Below are positions 26,141-37,093 of a stretch of DNA of 63,348 bases, piece after piece (positions within the stretch are counted from its first letter, which is position 1; each line of letters begins with the position of its first letter). This stretch comes from Octopus bimaculoides (Eukaryota). Below the pieces are notes generated by a model that did no database searches, was not told the DNA's origin, and saw only the letters and a program-made list of their open reading frames with translations. Made by a program: the position numbers and the translations under genes. The stretch is taken from contig NC_068986.1 of NCBI RefSeq assembly GCF_001194135.2, positions 7,563,762 to 7,627,109 of the forward strand. Direction: 5' to 3'.

Positions 26141-26845
26141 NNNNNNNNNNNNNNNNNNNNNNNNNNNNNNNNNNNNNNNNNNNNNNNNNNNNNNNNNNNN
26201 NNNNNNNNNNNNNNNNNNNNNNNNNNNNNNNNNNNNNNNNNNNNNNNNNNNNNNNNNNNNNNNNNNNNNNNNNNNNNNNNNNNNNNNNNNNNNNNNNNNN
26301 NNNNNNNNNNNNNNNNNNNNNNNNNNNNNNNNNNNNNNNNNNNNNNNNNNNNNNNNNNNNNNNNNNNNNNNNNNNNNNNNNNNNNNNNNNNNNNNNNNNN
26401 NNNNNNNNNNNNNNNNNNNNNNNNNNNNNNNNATATATGTCCATATGTGTGTGTATGCGCGTGTTTTCTAGATGAATGTATATGCACATATACTTGTATG
26501 TGCGTGTTTGACTGTGTATGCATATATGTGTACATATATATGTGCATATCTCTATGTATGTATGTCCGTGTATGCATCTACGCACGAACACAAGAAAAGA
26601 AAAGAACTTTTCGTCTAAGTATTATCTTCGTTTCAAATTCTACTTTCTTTTTTATTTCTCGTAACAGTTAAAACAGCGAAAGCTGATTACGTCATTTTAT
26701 CTAAACTTGAACGTATACTTTCCATGTTCATATTTGAAGTTTTTGCGTTTCAAAATTTTTCTTTGATTTTATTCACTCTCGAATTGGATGGACATATAGC
26801 AGCAACCAGGCTGACACAAGAAATCTCTAATGCGACTTTTTTACT

Positions 26846-26895
26846 GATGTACCCGAAGAGACCCAGAACGATGGGTCGAAACACGTGTCGTAATC
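26846..26895 (+). ncRNA. Orphan type I hammerhead ribozyme motif with CCGAAGA core
   Basis: GATGTAC-CCGAAGA-GACCC-AGAACGAT-GGGTC-GAAAC-ACGT-GTC-GTAATC. All three helices pair, and AATAAA follows at 26897. Confidence 0.7.
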
Positions 26896-27032
26896 AATAA
26901 ATCTAATACACATTCCATCTCTTCTTTTATCAATACCGTTATTCCAACCCCCACTGCGTAGGAGTAAATCTATGGATAACAACAGGTACTTTACTTATCA
27001 CCTACTATTTATACATTTTGTATAATTTTTCC

Positions 27033-27073
<41 letters not shown>

Positions 27074-27339
27074 TTAAGAGAGCACATTCGAAATGAAATA
27101 GATCAAGAACGGAGTGGAGTGAACGATGTGATGGCAGAGTAGAAAAAACATATGTTCTGATCTACTGCACATGTCCAAGGTCCACAGACTACAGGTGGAT
27201 TTGTGCAGTTGCCGAGTGCTATCCAAGAGATCGGAAAAGGTTACATGGAAGTCTTCCACAATGATGGGAAGGCAATTTAGTTAAGCAATTCGGTTCAAGA
27301 TGGAAAGAATGGCGCAATCGAGACAGAATTTGAAGAACA

Positions 27340-27579
27340 AGAACATAAGGTGGCGAGTTGGCAGAAACGTTAGCACACCGGGTGAAATACTTAGCAGTAT
27401 TTCGTCTGCCGTTACGTTCTTAGTTCAAATTCCGCCGAGGTCAACTTTGCCTTTCATCCTTTCGGGGGCGATAAATTAAGTACCAGTTACGCACTGGGGT
27501 CGATGTAATTGATTTAATCCCTTTGTTTGTCCTTGTTTGTCCCCTCTATGTTTAGCCCCTTGTGGGCAATAAAGAGATT
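27340..27579 (+). mobile_element. Full-length tRNA-derived SINE (octopus-type) with 15-bp target-site duplication
   Basis: A-box-like TGGCAGAAACGTTAG, B-box-like GTTCAAATTCC and central GCCTTTCATCCTTTCGGGG..GATAAATTAAGTACCAG. TSD AGAATTTGAAGAACA at 27325-27339 and 27580-27594. Confidence 0.9.
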
Positions 27580-27996
27580 AGAATTTGAAGAACATTGTGA
27601 CCAATGAGATAGAATAGCATCTGATGAACTGGTCATTACTGTGATATATATATATATATGCTATCAAATCCTTCTTTCGAAATATATGGGCTTCAACTGA
27701 GAAGTGCTCAGAATATCCGAGACGAATGATAATTAAAGAGGTAAATTCAGAAACAAAGTTAAGGTCAATCAACAAATTCCCAGACGCAAAATTTTAAACA
27801 TAATTTTAAAAATATACATACATTAATACATTTTAATACATATCAATAGACCTATATACATAAAAGTACCACGTATAAATATATTGGTAAAAATATAGAT
27901 GTAAAAATGTTCGAGGTGAAAATAAAGTAAAACTTATTTGGATAATGCAAAGTAACAGAGACTGAGAGTTCTACAATTACAGATCTTCTTTAATGC

Positions 27997-28458
27997 CGAA
28001 GTGGCTATATCAATACAAGTTTCAAGAAAAATTGTTGCAATGGAACGCATTTAAAGAAGATCTGTAATTGTAGAACAATCATTCTCTGTCCGCTCGCTGG
28101 TGCATATCTTCCGCATAATGTTATATACAGATGTATTGTCAGGGTTTCTAATAAACAGAATAGGGTATATACAGGTAGCATTGTAGACTTCAAGAGAAAA
28201 TACAGGGCCCACTTAAATTCCTTCACAAACCCTTAGTATAGTAACTCTACTACCCTAGCAGCCTATGTGAATAAAATTGAACTAAGACTTCTCGTGGACT
28301 ATCATTGCCGAGGCACCCCTTTTGGGGCAAATTCTAACAGGTGTACATTATGTTTAAGGGAGTCGTATTTGATCCTTAATATGTATAACTCTAATATATT
28401 AAACAGGTCTACAGATGTCATTCCTTCATGCAATCATAAACTACTCTCAACACGATAG
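27997..28458 (+). pseudogene. PLE GIY-YIG endonuclease domain with a single in-frame stop
   Basis: One frame: ...KKICNCRTIILCPLAGAYLPHNVIYRCIV...RVYTGSIVDFKRKYRAHLNSF...(TAG 28234-28236)...NSTTLAAY...NRCTLCLRESYLI...LNRSTDVIPSCNH. Confidence 0.85.
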
Positions 28459-28643
28459 TGGTTTGAAACCGCAACCATACGTTAGGAAATATGTCATGAC
28501 GCTAGATCTATCTGCACACTTAAATCTATATTTGGACAACTCCATCGTAAATTTCTCATGATTCCATTTACATATTAACTACAAAACCTATATAGATTTC
28601 TATTAGGTTCTAATAAATTATTTTATGACGTAATTCGTTATGA

Positions 28644-28749
28644 AGGACATCTTCCTGATGAAGGGGACATTATTTACTAGGATAAGTTAAATTGTCGAAC
28701 TTTCTTACCTTACTAAAATGTACTCCAGAAACAGCTGTCGAATGGGCCT
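28644..28749 (+). ncRNA. Type I hammerhead ribozyme with intact core and ~65-nt stem II
   Basis: TTC-CTGATGA(28655-28661)-A-GGGGACATT...AATGTACTCC-A-GAAAC-AGCT-GTC(28737-28739)-GAA. Stem III is the palindrome ACAGCTGT. Confidence 0.8.
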
Positions 28750-29406
28750 CCTCTAATAACGGGACTTTTCCTTACAGTTTAATCTTTTTACTGAAATGTA
28801 GTTATTTGCTATTTAAACTGTCCAAAATGTTTTTGCTATTTAATGACTTATACACTTTCCTACTGTTGTTTTGCTTAATCCATATACGTTTTACTTTATT
28901 TACACATCGAACTTTTTTTTCCTTATTTACACCTCGAATATTTTTACACTCTTTTAATCTAGATTTTTATCTATATATTTATTTGTGGTACTTTTACATA
29001 TTGATCTGTATTAAAATGTATTAATGTATATGTATTTTTAAAATTATGTTTAAAATTTTGCGTCTGGGAATTTGTTGATTGACCTTAACTTTGTTTCTGA
29101 ATTTACGTCTTTAATATGTATGTACGTCTTCAATACGTATGTATGTATGTCTGAGTGTATGCGTGCCTATGTACACGCACACATACACAAACATACACAC
29201 ACAAACACAAACATACACACACAAACACAAACATTCACACACATAAACATACACACACACAAACACACAGACACACACACAATCACAAATATACACTCAG
29301 ACAAACACAAACATACACACACAAACACACACAAACATAGACATACACATACACGCACAAGCATATACATACACACACACACACAAGCACACACAGAGAC
29401 ACACAA

Positions 29407-29462
<56 letters not shown>

Positions 29463-29889
29463 NNNNNNNNNNNNNNNNNNNNNNNNNNNNNNNNNNNNNN
29501 NNNNNNNNNNNNNNNNNNNNNNNNNNNNNNNNNNNNNNNNNNNNNNNNNNNNNNNNNNNNNNNNNNNNNNNNNNNNNNNNNNNNNNNNNNNNNNNNNNNN
29601 NNNNNNNNNNNNNNNNNNNNNNNNNNNNNNNNNNNNNNNNNNNNNNNNNNNNNNNNNNNNNNNNNNNNNNNNNNNNNNNNNNNNNNNNNNNNNNNNNNNN
29701 NNNNNNNNNNNNNNNNNNNNNNNNNNNNNNNNNNNNNNNNNNNNNNNNNNNNNNNNNNNNNNNNNNNNNNNNNNNNNNNNNNNNNNNNNNNNNNNNNNNN
29801 NNNNNNNNNNNNNNNNNNNNNNNNNNNNNNNNNNNNNNNNNNNNNNNNNNNNNNNNNNNNNNNNNNNNNNNNNNNNNNNNNNNNNNNNN

Positions 29890-29946
<57 letters not shown>

Positions 29947-31359
29947 TTATATATATATAAATATATATGTTCACATACAATAGAGAACCAAATATGCAAA
30001 TGTTAAGTAAAATAGATGGTCTCTATGACATGAAAGAGATTAAAAACGCTTCACATTCTTTCAAAATTTTGAGCAGTCTTGATTCATAATTCTTTTGCAT
30101 AAATTATATAGCTTTAAAATATAACTGAAAGAGGTCTCTCCTGCATCAACTTTACATGAATATTAATGTTTTTGATCATCTTTTTTGCTTTGTGTAAAGT
30201 AGTTTCTTTTACAATATATAATATCGTTTTGATTTGTCTCTATTTAAAACATGACTGATGTTTTTTCTTCTTCCCTTGTCTCTCAATCATATTTACATCA
30301 GTCGGGAGCATATCAGCAAATATATTATTTAACATATTTTTTCCGAAGAATATTTCATTAAAAACTAAACCATACATCCTAGAAAAATATCGAAAATACA
30401 TAGAAACTATTTAGAGAATTTCTTTTGAAGTTCTGAGAAGCAGATGGGAATTATCCAGTACTAGATAGATTCTTTTACATTTTACTCTTAATAAGATGCA
30501 CATTTTGAATTGAAAACTGATAGTAGACGCTGCTATAAAGTTGATAAAATTCTGAAGTATAACCAGCATTAAATAATGGACATTTACAAGATGCACCTGG
30601 TCTCAAAATTATGTTTCATCAGTAGATATTGGGATAACTTCTAAGTTTATATTTTTCCTTAGGGAATGGCAAATTGTAACGATGCATGTATGCATCTGCT
30701 TCTATTCTGAAGAGAAAGTTTTTGCCTGATCAAAAGGTATCGATTTTTACTGATAATGTCTTCTTAAGAAATATATTTTTCATTATTCCTCACACATAGA
30801 ATTACCAAGTATCATTTCTAAATGTTTGACTTCTTAAAACATCATATTTATTTGAAACACGAAAAGCATTTATCCTCTTAATTGTGGAACACCAATAATT
30901 TTATTGATATTTTAAAATCGAATACATGAATATTACGTTGTTTACTATAATTGTATACTAGAATTGTTTTGTATTCGCCACAGTATATTTCAACTTGGGT
31001 TCGTACATCTCTAATATATTTTCATTTGAGCTTTAATTACTGATCAAATTCGAAGATAAAATTTATTCTGTACACATCATCTACCTTATAGACTACACAC
31101 GACTGTTTCATAAATCTTTAGTTAACGCTTGCAAGTCAGTATGATTTAGTACCGTAACCCATCCTTTCGTTACCGTGCAACATGGAAACTTAAAATATGA
31201 TGTTGATTTAGTCGCAAGTAGACAATGACGCTCTCTAGATCCTCCTGCTTTCGATCCTGTAGAGCGCCAAATTTTCACTGCAGAGGGAGAAGTATCTGAA
31301 CAAGCTCGCGGTAGTAGTAATTTTAACCGAATACAGTAGAGAATAGTTAAAGGAAGTAC

Positions 31360-31445
31360 TTCTGCTCAAGGATAAAACGTTCGATCTGGTCCCAGACCGA
31401 ATACATATCTTCGCAATCTCAACACCACTGACAACTAGGCCATGC
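31360..31445 (-). mobile_element. Decayed tRNA-SINE head
   Basis: Minus strand GCATGGCCTAGTTGTCAGTGGTGTTG...TTCGGTCTGGGACC resembles an A/B-box head next to a (CA)-rich tract. Confidence 0.4.
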
Positions 31446-33726
31446 ACACACCCTACAATACACACATACAAACACACACACGCACACACACACAAACACA
31501 AACACACAAACAAACACAAACACACGCACACAAACACACACACATACACATTATTAAAATTGTTTTAGAATCATTAACTCAATGACGTAACCACTGTACT
31601 TCCTTCACTGGGACCACGGGTTCAAATCGAGTTTTATGCAAATAAGTTATATTGTACATGATATTAAGATTCGTTACTATTCGTTACTACTTGACCCAAA
31701 GTAGAATTCTATAGATAGATTCTGTCATCTACTTTATACTGCAGTAATGGCTGTTTACTTTATGAAATAAAGATAAAAATATTAGATATCAATTGTCAAG
31801 GTACAACAAATCTCAACTGTATAACAAAATCATACTTTTCAAAGATTTCATCCTCCGAAAAAATCATCTTCGTTATTACTTATATAAACGAGACACAATT
31901 TTAAGTAATAGATGCTTCAGAAAAAATATCAAAAGAAATTATGGTTTTTATTGTTCTTTATAAACTTCTTAAAATCTTATAGTTTTCCAAATAACTATGG
32001 AATGTCCATGGGTACTGCTAGTTTAATTTTGTTGAGCACATCTAGCGGAGGGAGGAATAAAATATAAATATATTTTATTTAAAATCTACTTAAAAATGTT
32101 TTATTAAGTTTCTTTTAGAAACCAATGGAGGTATTCATGTTTTGCAAGACTTATGATGCCTTAAATTGTAATTTTTACCTTCGTTTTTGTAAAAGTGAAA
32201 AGTTTCTGCCAAGGTATATGGAATAAAAAAAATCGATATTATACCACCAAAATTCCAAAGAATTCGGTGAAAGAAAACTTCTATGTTATTACCTCATCAG
32301 CCAGATACATGAATTTCAGTTATGGAATAAAGTCACAAGTAAAATTGAGCTTATTACCTAATATTAACGTATTTATCTGTCTCTAAAAGGTTAAGAAGAT
32401 CTGTAGGGTACCGAAAACGCCACATTTGCACTGATTATTTTATTGTGAAAGAAACGATTTCCTTTAGTCTAGGTTGATTCTTTCAAAAATTTTCAAAGTT
32501 TATACTATCATTTTTGATTATGAATCATAAACTCATTATCTTCAACTAGTTTTGCTCTTTATTTTTAACTACACTTAAATATTGTTGCTTGTAACCTTGT
32601 TCTCGTTTTAATGCAACTCTTGAAATAATAGTTCAAGTTTATCTGTACTAATATTAAAATAAGACACAAATAATACTCGATAAAAAATATATAAAACGAC
32701 ATTTACTATCAATATATTTTGATTTATCCAAAATACTAAATAAGATGGTTTCGTTCAATGTTTAACTGATAAACAAAACTTTAGTTAATAGAATAAATAA
32801 CATACAAAGAATGGTCTGGAATATATTACAGGGACTAAACTATTTATTGAAAACTTATTCATATGATGCTGGACAGAGGTCTCATTACAGTTTGTATATT
32901 CAACTATTTGGGGATTACATGCGTATTTCCTAAACTTTCAATGCTTTCTACATCGTGTCTCCATGTTAGATAAATAAATTTAATGTGCAGATATTTCGTT
33001 TTAAGTTTATAATAGTTTTGTTGTTAAAATCTATGCTAATCCACATGGAGATCAATGATATAAAGCATACCACCCTGCTTTTATAAGGATATGTTGGACT
33101 AGATTACTAATGTGACTCTTTCGTATGCAAAGCAGCAAGGTGCGTTGTGAGAGAAATTTTTCTGCTATCTTTTGCAGATAGAACGGTCATAGAGAAATAC
33201 TCTCATTGGCTAACCAGTATGATTTATTAATTACACAACTATTTTATTCGAAACAGCTTTAGTATTACATAAAATATTTGATGAAACTCCTTCAAACATC
33301 GGGTGAATTTCTTTGCAAAAGTTCTTAATAATAAAATAAGTATGATGGCAACTAACTCCTTATAGATTGCAGTGACCCAATGCTTATTACTTAGCATTTT
33401 ATCAAATTCCACTTTTTGTACTCTGTATACGATGTAAAAATTGTTAGGTCTGATAAGCAAAAATTCTTGGAGCCTCTTACAGATAATTTCTTTAAATCCG
33501 ACGTTTGTAGAGACAATCACACACAACCAATCAGAGTTAAATATTTTTTTCAAAGCATAAGCTGATATTCAGTGAAAGTTTAGCAATTTTAAGCAGCTGC
33601 ATTTGAAATGGAAATAAAAATATTTCAGATAAATGTGATTTAAGATAAATAAGATGTTGGAATTAAGTGTGTTCAGATCGTTTCAACGTTAAAATGTTTA
33701 TTTAACTTTGATTATATCAACGCTTA

Positions 33727-33814
33727 TCTGCTTACAAAACGCAGATACTCTGCTTAGAAAACGCAGATACTCTGATTACAAAGCACTTGTCTGCTTACAA
33801 AACGCAAGTACTCT
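33727..33814. repeat. 22-bp minisatellite (about 4 units) with an internal palindrome in the intact units
   Basis: TCTGCTTACAAAACGCAGATAC units start at 33727, 33749, 33771 (short) and 33790. Confidence 0.85.
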
Positions 33815-35517
33815 AAGGTTTACATTTTACATAATTTAGAGTTGTTTTATATTCTTACGTAAATAAGATTTGACTGTAAACATGTAAACAATTTTAGTAA
33901 AATTACGATAAATATGGGATTTTAGATGACACTTTCTTAACGAAATGTTTATTGTTTGGGTATGAGGCAGTAAGCGATATTTCCGTATTTCATATGTCTA
34001 AATATAAACGGAATGGATATTACTATCTTCCAAATTTGCCTTTCTGCGACCTCAGATATTTTGAAATCTACTTCTTTTCAAGAAGATTCTTTATGGGGAA
34101 GAACAACATCACGTGGGAGTTAGTGGCGAAATACTGAATGTTCTTGTTCCCACTTCTGAACAGAAACTTGGGTCTTGGTAATGATTCGTCGGTCGTTATG
34201 TACCTTCAGTAAGTCTTCCCCATAAAGTTTTTAAGTAAAGACCAAGACATACGTCTTTATCGCACTACATGCTGGAGAGCATGAAATTTCTCAAGATGTT
34301 CAATAGAAAGAAAAGCTCAGCTTGTCACAGAACTGTCTTTGTGATTTGAGGCTTCACGGACAACTATAAGGCAGAATTCTACATAGAAGTATTTCAGACA
34401 CCTAGTATAGAACTAAAGTAAAACTGGTTGTTGGATATTCCTGAAAGACTTTTATTTGAAAATAATTTTACTAATTTAAGGAAAACATAAGATCGTACCT
34501 AGAAGATGAAGGCGAGTGCTACAACCGGAATACACTGGAGTTTGAACGCCTCTCCTGAGAAGCACATAACACAAAAACTGAAGGACGACGATATTTAGCG
34601 ACTGATACGTGAAAGTAATTTACAGTACAATCATAAATCTTGAAAAATTACTCACGTCTAAATTATCATGACCACTTTTGTAGAAATACACGTAAATATG
34701 AGTGATGTGTTGTTTTTGCTGAAGTTATTTGAATGAAAATATGCAAAGTCGTTTGTTTTTCACTGAAAATTATCTCAAAATATCATTAACCAGGTCACAA
34801 AAGCAAAGCTTGGAGACAATATTTGCCATTGTCGCTATTTTTCCAGCACAAGCAATTAACAAACAACACTTGATAAGGAACCTGCAACCTTTAAATACTT
34901 TGAAGGTAACACAGGAACATAAAGTCTGTTACATAATGTAATCTATGCGAAGTACAGACATATCAACAACATTGCTAGTATCTCCATAATTGGTAGACTA
35001 GAAATAAGATTTAGTATTACATTTGAACATTGTTGTAAGAAAGCTCCTGCACCAATTTTCGTTAGTTTATGTCATAAATAGATTCTCTCAATGTTTTGTC
35101 TATTATCAGACGGTATTGCTTGATTTATCTTTGAATAACTTTATAAAAAATAAATAAAACTATTGAAACATGATAAGAAAATGGAAACGATAATGAAATA
35201 ACTTAAATATATTTCGTAACTATTAAAGATTTCTAAGAAAATCGAAAGACGTAAAACAGTAAAATATTAAAGAATACTAGATGTAACTAAAGAGCTCAGA
35301 TTTGGCTTAAACGACAGCTTAGCAGTTGCTTTTGTGCCAATAAACGGCTAAACCGTTGCTTAGAGTGTAGTACTGATGCATTTAAGCAGTGTTCATAAGG
35401 ACGAGGATTTCATTTTGGTAGTTTAAATCACACCTAAGTAGATGGAATGATAGCTAAGTAGTTGTTATTGGGAAACTCTCCGTGGTGGTTGTAATCACGT
35501 ATTATGTAGTGTATGTA

Positions 35518-36450
35518 CGAGGATCAGATGAGACGCTCTTAAGCTGATCAACAGACACTCATGGAATGTGAGCAAATGAGGTTTATCTTTCAACGTAGTC
35601 CCCCTTATAGTCTATGCACTTCTTCCATCGGTGTTGCAGTACTTGGATCCCGTTGGTGAAGAAACTTTCATCCTGTTCATTAAAAAAGTCATCAACAGCA
35701 GATATGGCGTCATCACCACTGCGATACTGCTCTACAGCCAAGCGCCTTTTTATGTTGGGGGACAGATGATAGTCAGAAGGGGTCAAATCAGGAGTGTAGG
35801 GAGGCTAATCAACTAGTTCAAAGCCACAATCACAACAGTATTGAAACCAAGCACTTATGTGCTGGAACAGTGTCCTGATGAAACAAATCCACTTTCATCA
35901 GTTTTCTTGGGCGTTTGGTTTTGATAGCCTTTTGTAACTGCTTCGTTTAGTTGGAATAGTACTCTCCTTTAGTGGTGTTGCCCTAATAAAGATAGTCAAT
36001 AAACATAATATCTTTTGCATCCCCCAAAACTCAGGCCTTGCAGATGAAACTACAGGCAAGGAGGAATCTTTCCACTACATGGATTGTCTTTTTGTCTCTG
36101 GGTTAGGAAAAGTTCAAGAAAACCAGTTGGATCTGCATCAAATAATGTCCGATTTTCCCGTGATTTGATCAGTCTAGTGCGCTTTGACCACGTGTTAGAA
36201 GACGTGGCACCCACCGATCAGAAACGTTCGACATGACAAGTTCATTGTGCAGAATATTCTCAACTCTCTCAAGGGAGATGCTAATAAAAATTACTATTTG
36301 ATTTATAGTCAATCACCTGTCATTTATCAGCATGTGATGAACACGACCATTGTTTTCTGCGTTGGTGGCACATGCGATATCCATGGGATTTGCAGCTTGG
36401 TTCCAACACTCAGCTAAGAAGCTACTTTCGCCTCCAAGACATATTTATAT
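35518..36450 (-). mobile_element. Decayed mariner (DD34D) transposon
   Basis: ORF 35583-35786 PSDYHL...FFTNGIQVLQHRWKKCIDYKGDYVE is a canonical mariner C-terminus. TA|CGAGG end at 35518. The right boundary is approximate. Confidence 0.8.
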
Positions 36451-36559
36451 CAGCTGTTGTAGATGAAGCTTGTATTTTCTCTGCCTAGGGTATGATTACT
36501 ATAATCAGTTTCTTTTTCTTCACTGATGTGAAGCCACATGTTTTAAATTTTTGGCCTGC

Positions 36560-37092
36560 TTGCTTTGATTACGTTGCGCCTCTTTTTACTTGTTGCTTTA
36601 TATTACGTACATGTCCCATTTCTATAATAGGACAGTTAAGGTTTAGCGCAAAATTTAGCGCAGCGTTATTTTGTGAACTTAGAAAGCAAAGGACACTGTC
36701 AGGTCATATATTTTTTAGAACATTTGAAATATTACACACAGGCGCGCGCGCAGAAATATATACGATTTTTCAACAAAAGGCACATAAAACAGGTACTAAA
36801 ATTGTAATTAATAGTTTTTTAAAATAATTAAACTAATTGTTCCAAATTGTTCTAGTTGAAAAATTTTCTTAATTTATTTGCTCGAAGAAAATTAGATTTT
36901 AAGATAGATGCAAATTAGATTTTAAGATAGATGAAAATGTCTGTTTGCTTTTTGCATTCTTACAACAGCAGATTATGTAAAATAACGAAAAACTGAATGA
37001 AACAAATTTGAAAATAACATAAATTATGATTGTTTGTGTACAAAACATTATACTACATATACACGGGCAAACATACTCGTTTATATATAGAT
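36560..37092 (-). mobile_element. Possible non-autonomous Helitron-like fragment
   Basis: Minus-strand start TCTATATATAAACGAG resembles Helitron 5' TC ends. There is an internal 23-bp tandem duplication near 36890-36935. No clear 3' CTRR was found. Confidence 0.25.
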
Positions 37093-37093
37093 A

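Larger units (their letters stand above)
27732..29115 (+). mobile_element. Penelope-like element with inverted 5' arm, GIY-YIG domain and HHR-bearing pLTR
   Basis: 27732-27958 is an inverted copy of 28863-29115, and 27968-27996 is an inverted copy of 28047-28076. The GIY-YIG frame runs 27997-28458 and the HHR core is at 28655. Confidence 0.85.

Noticed and set aside
27352-27440. tRNA genes at SINE heads (also 41985-42050, 48430-48510, 55095-55175)
   Set aside because: They have A/B boxes but no complete cloverleaf, and they continue into SINE bodies with tails and TSDs.
32240-32306. Minus-strand CTGATGA-GGT...ACC-GAAT hammerhead look-alike
   Set aside because: It has GAAT instead of GAAA, an inverted 15.1-16.1 pair, no stem I and no PLE context.
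33727-33814. CRISPR array
   Set aside because: The palindromic repeats are directly abutting with no unique spacers, the context is eukaryotic and there are no cas genes.
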